DNA of 64,000 nt from Vicugna vicugna (taxonomy: Eukaryota), in the NCBI GenBank assembly GCA_013265495.1, contig MU058384.1, forward strand, positions 3,323,010-3,387,009, in the 5' to 3' direction. The notes under the pieces were generated by a model. That model did no database searches. It worked only from the letters and a program-made list of their open reading frames with translations, and had not been told where the DNA came from. A program made the position numbers and the translations under genes. This document shows positions 25,110 through 38,594 of the stretch, one piece after another (position 1 is the first letter of the stretch; each line of letters starts with the position of its first letter).

Positions 25110-27212
25110 TTAAGTTGCTGATCTCAAGTTCAAACATATTCTGACAACCCTGCATTTTTACTCCCCCTCTGCCAACGTTTAATGTTTTGACATCATAGTT
25201 TACATTTTTTTGTTTTGTGTTTCCATTAACTACTTATTGTGGCTATAGATGGTTTTACTAATTTATCTTTTAACCTTCCTACTAGCTTTTAGCACCCCAC
25301 GTTTGTCTTCACTCACAAAACCTTTTCTTTTCACAATTTTTGTACTTCTAGTTGCAATCTTTCCTTTTCTGCTTAGAGAAGTCCCTTTAATATTTCTTAC
25401 AAACCTGTTTTAGTGGTGTTGAGCTCTTTTAGCTTTTGCTTGTCTGTAAAACCCTTGATCTCTCCTCCTTCAAATCTGGATGAGAGCCTTGCCAGATAGA
25501 GTGTTCTTAGTTGTCGGTTTTTCCCTTTCATCACTTCGAATATATTCTGCCACTCCTTTGTGGCCTGCAGAGTTTCTGCTGAAAAGTCAGCTGATGGTCT
25601 TACGGGAGTTCCCTTGTGCTTGTTTTAATTACAGTGTGTCTTGGTGTGGAGTTTTTCCAGTTCATCCTGTTTGGGACTCCGTGTGCTTCCTGGACCTGGT
25701 TGTCTGTTTCCTTTCCCAAGCTAAGGAAATTTTCAGCTATTATTCCTTCAAAAAAGTTCTCTGCACCTTTCTCTCTCTATTCTCCGTCTGAGACCCCTAT
25801 AATGTGAATGTTAATATGCTTGATGTTGTCACAGAGGTCCCTTAAACTATCCTTATATTTTAAAATTCTCTTTTTCTTTTTTCCATTCAGCTTGGGTGAT
25901 TTCCACTATTCTGTCTTTCAGCTCACTAATTGATTCCTCTGTATCATCTAATCTGCTGTTAATTTCTTCTAATGTATTTTTCATTTCAATGATTGTATTC
26001 TTCATCTCTGTTTGGTTCTTCTTTATGTCTTCTGACTCTTTGTTAAACTTCTCACCGTGTGCACCCCTTCTTCTCCGAGTTCACTGGGCGTCTTTATGAT
26101 CATTACCTTGAACTCTGTCGGGTAGATTGCGTACCTCCACTTAGTTCTTCTGTGGGTTTTGTCTTGTTTCTTCCTTTGGAAAATGTTCTTCTGTTTCTTA
26201 ATTTTGCCTAATTCTCTGTGTTTATTTCTATGTATTAGGTAGGTCAGTTATGTTTCTTGATCTTGGACAAGTGGCATTATGTAGAAGACATCCTATCGGG
26301 TCCAGCAACACACATTCCTCTAGTCATCAGAGCTATAAGCCCTAGGGGTGTCTCCTACACGGGCTCTTCTGTTGTGGCGGGCCCACTGCTGTGGGCATGC
26401 TGGCCAGCTGCCAGGTTCTGCATTGCGCAGTAGTGCCAGCCCACTGATGGGCGGAGTGGGAGCCTCCTGGGTCCCCAGGGCTGGTGCCAGCTGGTGGTGG
26501 GCAGAACAAGGTCCCTGAATGGCTGGCAATTCACCTCTGGGGGTCCTGGGACTGATGCTGGTCTACTGGTGGGAGGGTAAACCCCCATTGCTAATAGACT
26601 GGAGAGAGGACTCCAAAATGATGCTTGCCAGCTCCAGCGACCTCGTGGTAGAATGAGCTTCCAGAAATGGCTGCAGCAGGAGTCCTGGTTGCCTCCTGCC
26701 TCTCTGGGATGTTCTCCAAGATTATAAAGTGGATCCAGGCTTCTTTCAAATTACTGCTCTTCCCTGGGTCTCAGAGGATGTGAGATTTTTTTATGTGTCC
26801 TTAGAAGGACAGAGTCTCAGTTTCCCACAGCCCTCTGCCTCTCCTGTGTGCAAGCCCCACTGGCATTCAAAGCCAGGCATTCTGGGCTCATCTTTCCAGT
26901 GCAGGATCCCTGGGCTGGGGAGCCCAAGGTGGGGCTCAGACAACCAGCTCCTTGGGGAGAAGCCCTGCAATATGTGATTATCTTCCTGGGTGTGGGTCCC
27001 CACCCAGGGCTGTGGGTTTGACTATGTCACGTCTCTGCCCCTGCTACCTGTCTCACTGTGGATCCTTCTTAATATCTTTAGTTGTGGAAAATCTTTTCTG
27101 CTGGTCTTCAGGTTGTTCTCACAGGCAGTTACTCCATAACTAGTTGTAATTTTGGTGTGCTCATGGGGGGAGGGGACTTCAGGTCTTCTTATTCTGGCCC
27201 TCTTGGCCACAT
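25110..27212 (-). mobile_element. L1 5' fragment: 5' UTR plus degenerate ORF1 region
   Basis: GC-rich L1 5' UTR (~26300-27212, starting gtggccaagagggccagaataagaagacctgaag on minus) followed by antisense ORF1-type sequence (ttctgctgaaaagtcagctgat; ttcttcatctctgtttggttcttcttt). Confidence 0.75.
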
Positions 27213-28399
27213 CCTCAATTTTGTGCTTTTTTTAAAAAATCAAGGTTATTTCCATTTTGGATTTTACAAAAAAAAAAGGATTATAAATAATAGTAATCTA
27301 GAAATTCATGATCTTAAGGTGCTATTCCTATTAGTCTCTGTAATGTTTGATTATTTTGCAAGTTTTGATTAACAACTTTATTATTTTCACTTATTATAGG
27401 AAAATACACATGTAAAAACCCTTATAATTGGGTTTTCTGCAGGAAAAATAGCTTTTTAGTGAGTTTCTGAAACTCACTATTTTCTAACCCCCTTTTACTC
27501 AACTACCACCTTGAAATCGATATTTTACAAAACATTTTTGAATGCACAGGCTTCCCAAGAACCAATGATCACAGTAGAGTCGAAAAGATTTTTCACAATA
27601 TGACTATGATGCTCGCAGGTCAGCTGTTTCTTGGGACCCTCTCCCTGCTGTAAGCCTTTACTTTTTCCAAGACCCACTTCAAATCCTACCTCCTCCACGA
27701 CGTCGCCAAATACTCAAGCCAATACCAAGTTTTTCTTTAAATGAGAAATTTGATTACACTGAAAGATAAATAGTGAATCCAATACTAAGAGCACCTTCTG
27801 ACTTGGTGGCCTGAAGTCTCTGCTTGGCAGGGCTTCCTTCTTTACTAAGCAAAGAAAACCACCTATGACACTTGGTGATAAGATCAGTTTCCTACCATTG
27901 CCCACCCCTCCTCCTCCCAACAGCAAAAAATAAACAAAAACAGAAACAGAAGGAGAGTGTTTCTCTCTCTCAAGACGGAGAAATGGGGACTCTCCCAAAT
28001 GAGGCCCTTCTTCTCCATTCTGCAAACTGGGTCGTTTCAGGTAGCAGCAAATACCTTCAGAAAAGCTTTTTCTGGGCCTCTCCGATCAAATGGCTCTCCC
28101 TATCACCTGAGGAGCCTGCAAGTCTTTAATCCTTCTTGAACGATGGGTAATAGGTCTACGCCTAACTGGAGAGAATTAATCAATTTTGTTACCTGGTGTT
28201 TTGCCAATGTCAATTCCATCATTCCATCTGTAATACGTCCTTCCCAGGACTCAGACAGTCTGTGTGTTTTACCTCATCTGCTTCCTGCAGTCTGTGGGTT
28301 TTAATCTCCATGAGCTGAGTTTCCTAGGAATTGAGGAAGTTGAGAAATTAATGAGCCAGAACAGTTGGCACAATGTGTCAGAGGACAAAGAAGCGCAAC

Positions 28400-28730
28400 C
28401 AACAAACACATACCAGGCACTGACTTTACGCAAGAGGCTGAGTTAATTGCTTGGACAGAAAGATGAGTAAGATGAAAGTCCTATCCTTAAAGAACTCACA
28501 ATCTGTTTGTGGACTGTACGTGTGCAGATACACGCAAGTGCACACACACGCACACACACACAGAGCCCAAACACCAGAGTGTGCCAAGTGATTCCATGGA
28601 GGGACAAAAGAGAAGAGAGAAGAGAAAAGAAAGAATGTATTCTAACGGAGGGTATTAGGAACTTCTTCGGTAAGTTAATTTTTCAGAAACAATCTAAGAC
28701 AGTTTCAAAAGGCAGAGAAGATGGATATGT
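28400..28730. mobile_element. L2 fragment
   Basis: taccaggcactg...gtcctatccttaaagaactcacaatct, then a purine-rich body. Confidence 0.45.
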
Positions 28731-29834
28731 TACAGAAAAGAAAAAAAATGGCAAACCGGTGAATTGGTTTTAGATTAAAAAATTATTTTGACTTTCATAC
28801 CATAGAGTTTCAGTATTAGAAATAAAATTTTCATAAGGGCATTTCAATGTATACTCTTCTATATAGGAATATCAGGCATTCTATTATAAACAGGACTTCC
28901 CATGCCCCAATTGTTTATTCTATCAGTAGCCATTATGTAAAGATTTGAGTTTGGATCAAGGAATGTGTGTACACAAGCCAGAGGTGACCTTTATTCCTGC
29001 TTCTGGTGAACTACAGAACCACAGATGTAAGTGCAGACTTAGAGAGACCTTACTGACTAAGTAACTAAACTTCTCATATTACACACCAGTAAATGGTTAG
29101 TTAGCAATTAATTTACACTAGAACCCGAGTCCTCCAATATTTACTCTCAGGTAGCTTTCGCTATGACTACCTTGAAACTCAGCCCCTATGAAAGCTCTCG
29201 GGAGACAGGGATTGCTCCCCTTTTATTTTTATTTTTACGTTTTGTTGGGAATGGGAGAGGAGAGGCAATGGCAGGAGATTGATTCCAACCCCTGGCCTCA
29301 TGGGATGGGTGGGCCCATTTGCTTAGTACGGTCACTCTCCCCAGGTGGCCAGGCAACTTAGGATCACCGCAGACCTTCCTAGGGCACTGTCCTTCCTTCT
29401 CCCTTCTCCCTCCCTCCCAGCCCCGCAGCCGTCTCTCCACTGGTCAGCAATGGTTGGATTTTCCTGCACTTCCTGAAATGCCTCCTCGATTATTCTAGTA
29501 ATAATGCAGTAGATAAAAACCCATGAAGGCAGGATTTTTATCTATTTAGTTCATTTCTGAGCCATGCTTGGCATGGTCCTCAGTATTTTCTGAGGAATGG
29601 GGGTACAGAAAGGCAAGAACGACTTCCTGCTTCCAGGATGCAGTGTGAGTGGGGAACGTCTTCTTCGTGCACTGAAGAAAAGCAAGGTGTGGACAACACT
29701 AAAGGACCTTGTGGAAGCCCTGAACTGGCTGGGTTTACCTTCTGCCACCCAAGGAATGGGCATTTTCAATAAAATTTGTTTCAGTTACAGATAAGCTTCC
29801 TATGTGCTTGTTGTAGACTGAGGTTCATACTTAC

Positions 29835-30342
29835 ACCGCCCTCTCCTCCACACATAAACCGAGGAGCACTTGATTACAAACTCTGGGGTTTGGGAGGGAC
29901 AAAATATGAGTAATCTGAATTCGCCATTGATTTGCACTTAAGACCAGGCAGGAAGAAATGGGCTTAAAATGAAATAGAAAGGATTCCTGTTGGACTTGAG
30001 GGAGATTCTCTGGATGATAAGGACAACACCAGAAAGAGGACGTGTGTCCGTCATCTTTAAACAGAAAGATTGGCCAATACTCTTTCAGAAGTAGTTCAGA
30101 TACTGGTCCATGATGAATTAAAATTAAGAAATCAAGCCAGTGCACGATATGTACTTCCTCGGAAGAAAGAAGTTTGGATCAACTTCACCTTGGTTCATTT
30201 CCACCCATACCACCGACTCAGGCGGTTCCAACACAGGGCAGTCTAACAGCTAACCCCTGACTCAGGCACAGCACCTCCGATGCTCAGGCCACTGGATGCA
30301 GGGGCACAAGAGTTCTCTGCAACTTCAAGTTTGTGTGCACAT
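29835..30342 (-). other. Candidate ~508-nt upstream exon / promoter-proximal unique block
   Basis: Donor GGT|gtaagt at 29835; acceptor ctctcctctccctgtaag|ATG at 30342; AP-1 site TGACTCA at 30258-30264. Confidence 0.35.
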
Positions 30343-33203
30343 CTTACAGGGAGAGGAGAGTTAGGGAGTCATGACTACGCTTGTATTCAACCTGAGAAAA
30401 GACTTTAGGCTTTTCTCAAATTCTAAACTCCTCAATTTCTGAACATATTTGACCAACAGTAATTATAATTTTGATGATTAAAAGACTTACTGGGGTAGTA
30501 AGTGCTTACACAAATACTCCAAGGTGGCAAGGCTGGTGGAAAAATTATTTATCAGTTCAGTTGCCTATGCTTCTGCTGTACAACACAGAGCAAAAATGGT
30601 CTTCTGTTTTTTGACCTTCCAGATATATTATACTGCAACACTTTTATCGTAGAATGATGACAGACTTTATTTGGAGTGAACCTGGGGCCATGCCTCACAC
30701 AGAATCATAGCTCCTTTTAAACAAGTCCAAATTCTCCCCTACCCATTTAAAGAAAGTAAAGCAAAATGATCACTGTTTTAACTGCTAGGTTTCAGAATGT
30801 TTAAGACTAAATAAAGTCGTAAGATGCAGTGAGTAGGAAGAGAAATCCAAAGAACATCTCCACACATGTGCCTGCACAAACATACACAGATTTTACGAGG
30901 GTGATGTTTATCAGGGGGCAGTATTTATAGCTCCATGTAATTTATAGCTTTTAAATGTAATGTTACAATACAAATAAAGTTTTTTTTTTCTCCCCGAGCG
31001 GTGAGCTCATGAATAAACCTGAAAAGGATTCAAGTCTGTAGGCAGAGATGGGAAGAGGAGGCTGAGAATGAATCAGCGTGCACTGCTTTCTCCAGCAACT
31101 GTCACTACAGCCATGGGATCAGTTCACCGCTCAGCATGAGGACTCAGGGCTCGGCTATGTGTGACACGGCGCTGAACAATTCCCATCCGAGGCAACAGAG
31201 CAGGAATGCTGCTCAGCCCACCGTGCAACAAAAATGTATGAAATCGCATTAGCAGAAAAACAAGATTTCTGGGTCTTATCATAGAAAGGCTTTTTTCCCC
31301 TCCTAGATGAATGTTCACCTCTAATTGAACAACTGTTACCCTCTTTATTTCTACCTGAAAGTGGCTTTTATAACTCATAATTAAGGGCAGGATCTTTATA
31401 ATTCCATCGTGACGGAATGTCTTTTTAGTGCCTGCATGCTGTTCATTAACAGGATATTTAGGGCTGTTTTTTTTCCCCCAGTAGTTAATTGGACCACAAT
31501 TTATTTGCGTGTCCTGAACATGCATTTTAAGCCTATACAAGAAGAACCCCATTTAGCTACTTTCTAAAACACGTTCTGGAAGGCTGGCGTCCATGAGTCT
31601 TACAAAACCAACACTGCATGAGACGTGATTTGTACTTAAGAAGGAAATCACAGCAGGGAAAGTAGCTAAAACTCGTCAGGCATTCTCTAAACTAATATAA
31701 TAAAATTGTTTTTAAGAGAGAAAGAAATTATACAGTATAATAATTTCCAAAAGTTGATGCCTCTTCATTAAAACAAAAATGGTATAGATGTTCTACAAGA
31801 GTTCAGATTCAGAGTTTTCCCTGAGGGAACTGTGTATTTCAGAGAAGCAGCGGTCAACAACATTCCCACATATTCACAATGGACTTTTAGAGGTGTGGGG
31901 AAGCTTAAGGGTTAATTAGTTGAAAACTCATGGCTGATTTTATGGGAAAACATTTTCTATTCTGCTCACAGGCTGTTAGATTTGAAAGACTATAGATACT
32001 ACAGATAGAAAAATCAATAGCTCTAAATCCCAGCTCTTCTGAGTACTAAAACGAGCCCAACCAGAAAGTTACAGAACGCTGCAAAGTTGCAATGTACACG
32101 TATTTTTCAATCTAAATAGATATTTAAGTTTTGTGTATTCGGCTTTTTTAGATTGCTATGAACAGGCTCAGTCAGCCTGCCATATGGAATCAGTTTTATG
32201 TTCCCCACAAAGATTCTGTAATGTCTTTTCAGTCAATCCTTGTTCATATAGTCACTAACCAGGCAATTTAGTCCTGAGGCTAATCCATTACTGTCATCCC
32301 GTCTCTCTCCACCTTTCCTTAACAGTAACTCTCAAGCACCCAAAAATCCCTCCAACCCATGGTTAATTCCAGGGTCCTTTAGAGAATAGGTTAATAAACT
32401 GGCAACCTTCCAAGGTCAAATCCTTCAAATTTCTCCTGAGAATAAAAGCAGACCCTCAGCTAAAGGCATGCTCCTAATTGGACACTTATTTCAACATTCT
32501 CAGTAAAAGAAGAAATGATATTAGCTCAATGTTATGATATTTTTCAAGGACAAAAGGTAAGTAAGTCTTCTAAAATTTGTAGAACTGTAGATAGAAGTTA
32601 TTTTAGTAATTGTCTAAAATCATATGTATGTATATATATGTTACCCTAGTAATTGTCTACCATCATATACATGTTTATATATAGTACATATATATATACT
32701 GAGACTCATATTAAGTGACTTGTCCAAAGTCTCTCAGCCAATCTAGAACTCAGATCTCTGTTCTGAAGGGTTGACCTGTTTCTCAAGCACTATTCTGCAT
32801 CTGATGTTTTTTATTTACTGTATTAAATATCATGCATTGCTATAAATTAAGTGGTAAATAAAGTTCACTACATTTCTGATAACCTTTAAATAAAAACTGC
32901 TTATAAATCAATGAACAAAAAACACAAGCCAAAGAAACAAGCAAACAAAATCTTGTGAGTTTAAATGGCATATACAAAAATAAAATTTTTGAGAATTATT
33001 TTTAAATTCTTGAGCCATAGATTAGATTAAGAGCATGCTGATTTAAAAGTAATTTATTTATGTTTTCCTTTTATTTAATTAACCATAAAAACTTTTTGTA
33101 GTAATTTAGACCTCTTGAAAATAAATCTTAAATATAGTGACATGCATTTAAATTCATGGCTGTGAATTTAAATTCCATGATATGAATTTAAAATGCATGG
33201 TAT

Positions 33204-33263
33204 TATTTGACACAACATTGTAAAATGATTATAAATCAATAAAAAATGTTAAAAAAATAAAAT
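33204..33263 (+). mobile_element. Ultra-short (60 bp) L1 tail insertion with perfect TSD
   Basis: ttgacacaacattgtaaaatgattataaatcaataaaaaatgttaaaaaaat flanked by aaaatgcatggtat (33190-33203 and 33264-33277); target context ttt|aaaa. Confidence 0.85.
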
Positions 33264-36149
33264 AAAATGCATGGTATGTCTTTAAATATAATTGGAGTAA
33301 TTTGATGTTTGATCTCACCCATGGAATAGATTTTAATTAAAATAAGAACTCTGTTTTTTTACCTATTTGGAGTGTGTCTTTGCTCAGTTATTCATATTTT
33401 AAGATAAATTTTATTTCACTGTATCTCAATATACTTTACTATTATTGTATGTAACATGTTATAGATAGAATATATATTAACATATACACACTATCCAAAA
33501 TGAAAATCACTTAAAATTACCTATTAAGTGCTGATAATAATCGCTAAAACTACTTTGTGTGAAATGTAGCACCATTAGGGTTTTATCTAAGAGATTTACG
33601 ATTGTGTGAAGTATCTCCAAACTGAATGCAAGCTAATTGACTCTGTGTTTCTGTGCAAATAAACACCTAGCTTTCTTTTACTGGAAGGATGACAAATGCA
33701 GGGCATTTTTTTAATTTTTACTTTTAGCCCTAGTAATTAACAGTGATCTCAGTGTCTAAAAACCCAGTGACCAAAAGGCTGGAAATCCCTTCAATATTTT
33801 ATCAGAAAGGTAAAAAATATATTTTACACCAAAGAATACACCAATATAGAAATGTTTGCATATTATTAAATAAACAGCAATGCCTTTTACCAACACTGTT
33901 TAAGATGAAAAATATGATAAAAATGTGCATGAAACATTTTTGCTACAAAAAGTGTGATGACTAAGCAATCAGAAGAGTAAGAATTCTATAATTTTTACAT
34001 TGTTGAAGTATGCAGAAATCCTACCCTGAAATTTACATTCATGAATCAATTCATCTAGAATTATTTTTATTTTACCATTTTATTAGAGCACTCTTTCTTA
34101 CACAGTTCATCAAGAAATAATACAAAATGACATACTAATATGTGCCCTTTTTGCAGGGATATGTTTAAGAATCTCTCCGAATATTGCTCATTCAGAATTT
34201 TCTCTAAGTGCTTGCAAATTTATTCTCAGTCAATAAACTCCAGTAATCTGCCCTTAGGATAATATTAATTAAATGTAGCCCTTAGTATCCTATAATTTTT
34301 GGTATCATATAATATATAACTCTAGACATGATACTTTGTTGGCAAGACCATTAATTCTGGTTCTGTTGACATGATTTCTCCTAGGCAGACCAAATGTTAG
34401 ACTGTTATTTAGTGAACGAATAATTGATTTTCAAAGTTTTACACCACTTGTTTATCTGATAGAAAAGAGTCTGCAAGTGCTGATTTTAGAAGAGGAACTG
34501 AATTTGTAAACTTAAACAATGAGAAGAGGAAACCTCTGAAAAAAATATTACCTCTAGTAGAGTTAAGCTTGTAGCCTTTCAAGTTAAACAGGTTTATTTA
34601 TGGTCTTTTTTTAACAAGATTATTTTCTGTTTAATGTTTAACAAAAACAAATAACATATATGAAAATTACTATTGCTATTACTGTTCTGATTTTAAGTCT
34701 AGGATCTAAGAGGCTTGAATGACGAAAAAGTAGGTTGCTATGTTGCATTGACATCTGGTGGATTCAAGCAGTTATTACAAGATTGAAGATAGCTCTGAAT
34801 TCAATGATGTTAAAGCTGAAAGTCACATAAAGATCATCTCGAGTTGAATCCAGTCATTTTTCAGCTGAGACTGAGGCAAAGAGAAAGTACATTTGCCAGA
34901 AACATTTCAAGAACTGTGAAAATACATGAAATAAATATAGCATTGGTCATGGTAAACAGAAATTCAATTTAAGAAGCAGAAAACAAATACTGACATAGAA
35001 TGTATAGTTATAAAGTATATATAAAGTATTTTCCCCTTTTGAGTAGGAATATGGGGTCTCATTACACAGCTCTCTCTGTGTATATTTGAAATAAAGAGAC
35101 TTTTTAAAGAAAATTTTGTGTGAAGTTTTATATGTCTGTGTGTGTGTATATATATATATATATTTATACATACACATAAAATAAATATTGCTGCTACTAT
35201 GATAAAGAACTTTGGTTTTTTAATTTTCCCGAACGTGGAAAGAGATAAGGAAAGAAGAGGAAAAGAGGGCCAATGTTGCTTCTTCTCTATTCATATTTTA
35301 GCAGTCCTCTGAGATGGTGTTTCTTACAGAGGAACTCACATGAGTCAAGGCATTTTCCTCTTAGTCTCAGATACTTTGCCTCTTAAAACAGTCCCTTCCT
35401 CGGAGAAACTTAAACACAGCATCACAGAAGAGAACGATTGTTTGTGTGGTTTTTCAGACACTGGCTCTCCCTGTTGGGCGTCTTTCTTCCCGGATGCACC
35501 TGGCTGATGCTTGTGCCTGGCAGCCCTACTCTCGCCCCAGTCAATCCAGATTCCTCCCTGGAAACCCCTCTGAAGAGTTTTTCCAGCTCTCCTCTCCATC
35601 TGCAGTTTCCTCACATACTCTCCCTACAGCCCCGGGCATATAATCTTAAATGTGTTTTTTTCTTTTCCTAGACTGTAAGCACCTTTAGGGTAGGGACCCA
35701 GCCTATAGGTGTTTCTTTCCAGTGCCTTAACAACTCCAGGTAAATAGTAGGTGCTTAATTAGTGCCTGCCAAATCATGTGTGCTCTGGTACTATCTCCTA
35801 CAGTCCTTGCTAACTTTTACAAAGATCCCACTACCAAAAATCCCTGTTATTAATTTCCCCTACTAATGGTAAATTTTGAAAGAGTCTGTCTGGCAGAAAG
35901 TCAGTATTTTTGAAGTGATAATGAATTCTTGACCAATTTTGTTAATCAGAAGATTGTTCGTGCCTATCAGAATTTCTCAGACTCCCCACCCAGCTAAGGC
36001 GTTCCCATCTGGAGTGTGTCCAGGAAACTCCTAGTTAAGCGTAAGTTTATTATCATCTGGCCTGGAAATCTAGAGAATTAACAAGTCACAGAGGAGTTTT
36101 CATTAATGGGATTCTGGAAAGTGAAGTAACTGTGTAATTTTCTTGAATT

Positions 36150-37700
36150 TTTTTTTAATGTCTTCGCTGAGAGCTAGAACATACCACAAGATTCAAAAGT
36201 ACTTATGAATTTACTGTTACATAAAGTTTATGATTCAGTATTTTTAATTCACAGATTTTTCTCAACCATCTTCATAATCTAACTTTAGAGCATTTTCATC
36301 ATCCTTCCCTGCAAAACTCTGTATTCATTTGCAATCACTCTCCAAGCTCCCTGGTCTTAGCCCTAGACAACCACTAATCTATTTTTCTGTCTCTATAGAT
36401 TTGCCTATTCTGGATATTTCACATAAATGAAATCGTACAATAGATGGTCTTCTGTGACTGGCTTCCTTCATTTAGCATAGTGTTTTCAAGGTTAGTCCAT
36501 GTTCAAGTGTGTATCAGTACTTAATTCCTTTATTGTCAAGTACTATTCCATTGTACAGCTAACCCATCTTTTGTTCGTCCGTTTGTCAGTTGATGGACAT
36601 TTGAGTGGTTTCCAATTTTTGGCTATTATAAATAAAGCTGCTGTGAACATGGATGCACAGATTTTTGTGTGGACATGTGTTTCCATTTCTCATATACATA
36701 TATATACACACACATATATATCTGAGAATAGAATTTCTGGATAATCTGGTAACTCTATGTTTAACTTTATGAAGAACTTTAAAACTATTTTACAAAGTGG
36801 CTGTATCATTTTACTTTCCCAGCAGGACTGTATGAAGGTTCCAATTTTTCCACATCTTCACTAACACTTGTTACTGTCTTTTTTTAAAAAGGCCTTCCTA
36901 GTAGATGTGATTTTACTTTGCATATCCCTAATGACTAATAATGTTGAGTGTCTTTTCATGTGTTTATTAGCCATTTGTATATCTTCCTTGGAGAAGTGTC
37001 TATTCAAATCCTTTGCCCTTTTTTTTACTAGGTTATTTTCCTTTTTATTGTTGTGTTATTAGAGTTCTTTATATATTCTGGATAAAAGTCCCTTATCAGA
37101 TATATGATTTGTAAATACCTTCTCCATTCTGTAGGTTGTCTTTTTGCTCTCTTGATGTTACCATTTGCAGCACAAAAAGTTTTGATTTTGATGTAATACA
37201 GTTTATCTATTTTTTGTGTCGCTGTGTTTTTTGTGTCATATTTAAGAAATCATTGGTTAGCCCAAAGTCACAAAGACTTAATCCTATGTTTTCTTTTAAG
37301 AGTTTTACACTTTTAGTGCTTTCATTTACGTCTGTGGTCCACTTTGAGTTAATTTTTGTGTTTAGTATGAAATAGAGGTCCAAGCTCATTCTTTTACGTG
37401 TAGACATTCCATTATCTTAACACCATTTGGGGGAAAACTAGTCTTTCCCCCAGCAAATTGTCTTGACATTCTTGTCTGAAACCAGTTGGCCTTAAATAGG
37501 TTTATTTCTGAACTCTCAATTGTTTTCCATTGATCTCTATGTCTTTCTTCAGACCAGTACAATATTATCTTGATTACTGGAGCTTTTTAGTAAGTTTTGA
37601 AGTAAGTGTGAACTTTCCAACTTTCTTCTTCTTTTTCAAGATTGTTTTGGCTCTTCCGGGTCCCTTGAGTTTCCACATGAATTTTAAAACCCATACATTT
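36150..37700 (-). mobile_element. Older L1 (L1MA/L1MB-like), 3' end plus ORF2 C-terminal part
   Basis: ctagacaaccactaatctatttttctgtctctatagatttgcctattctggatatttc; ORF 37207-37407 resembles ORF2 (TKINSKW...KLLKENIG..LCD.GL..DFL). Confidence 0.85.
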
Positions 37701-37959
37701 TGTTATTCTAGAAATTTGTTATTAACATGCTATTTTTAGTTGTATCTTCCAAGCTTTTCATTTTTTTCAGTTGTGATTTCTTTTTCTTCATCTATTTTCC
37801 ATCTCTTAAGATTTAGAAAAATTCTCCCAGGCAACTAGTTTTAGTATCAACAGTGACTATCTTACCTTTTAATTTTTTTAGTTAGAACTGTTTTAGTTCC
37901 AGAAAGTTTTTTTGGGAGAAGGGATGCTTTGTGACTAAATTTTCTTATGTCCTCTTATT

Positions 37960-38135
37960 ACTATTTTATTTAATGATAGCTTTCCTGAGATGTAATTCAC
38001 ATACATAAAATTCATCCTGTTAAAATGTAAAACTCAGTGGTTTTTAGCAGAGTCATAGCTATGCAACCACTTAATTCCATAATGTCTAATTTCAGAACAT
38101 TTTCATAACCACCAAAAGAAGTCTGTACCCATCAG
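37960..38135 (-). mobile_element. L1M 3' end fragment
   Basis: gagatgtaattcacatacataaaattcatcctgttaaaatgta...ttcagaacatttttcataaccacc. Confidence 0.7.
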
Positions 38136-38354
38136 TTCTTGACAAGTCTCTTTCTTGATCACTTCTTCTTTTTTCACTTTAGTAAAACCACCACTTTGCC
38201 TCGAGCTATTCACTTACTCAAAACTAAAGTGTACTCAGGGTTCTTGTCATGATTCACCTTGACTCTAGAGAAATCTTAAAACTTTTTCAGGGAAGTGGTG
38301 AATTATTGATATAGAATTGAAAAGACTTAGCTTCTCACCATTGAAAGCACAAAG

Positions 38355-38594
38355 GCTTTCCTTTTTTTTTTTTTTTTAAGATTATTCAGGCTGCACTGCA
38401 AACCCATACAGTAGCTCTATATTTGAGCATTTAAATTTTATAAAGTGTTTGGGAAAAAAAAATTGACTAAAAAACAAAAAGCTTTTCTTTTTTTTTTTTT
38501 TTTAAGATTATTCAGGCTGCACTGCAAACCCATACAGTAGCTCTATATTTGAGCATTTAAATTTTATAAAGTGTTTGGGAAAAAAAAATTGACT
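38355..38594 (+). repeat. Tandem duplication (period 126 bp) with an identical 91-bp core bounded by poly-T and poly-A runs
   Basis: aagattattcaggctgcactgcaaacccatacag...gggaaaaaaaaattgact at 38378-38468 and 38504-38594. Confidence 0.95.

Noticed and set aside
29831..30145. 104-aa minus-strand ORF inside the candidate upstream exon
   Set aside because: GTG start and no recognisable homology; treated as non-coding, though splicing at 29835 would remove its stop, so it is not fully excluded.
1..31300. Assigning a gene symbol to the minus-strand exon chain
   Set aside because: At most 11 nt of possible CDS are visible and I do not reliably recognise the UTR sequence; a BLASTN search is needed.
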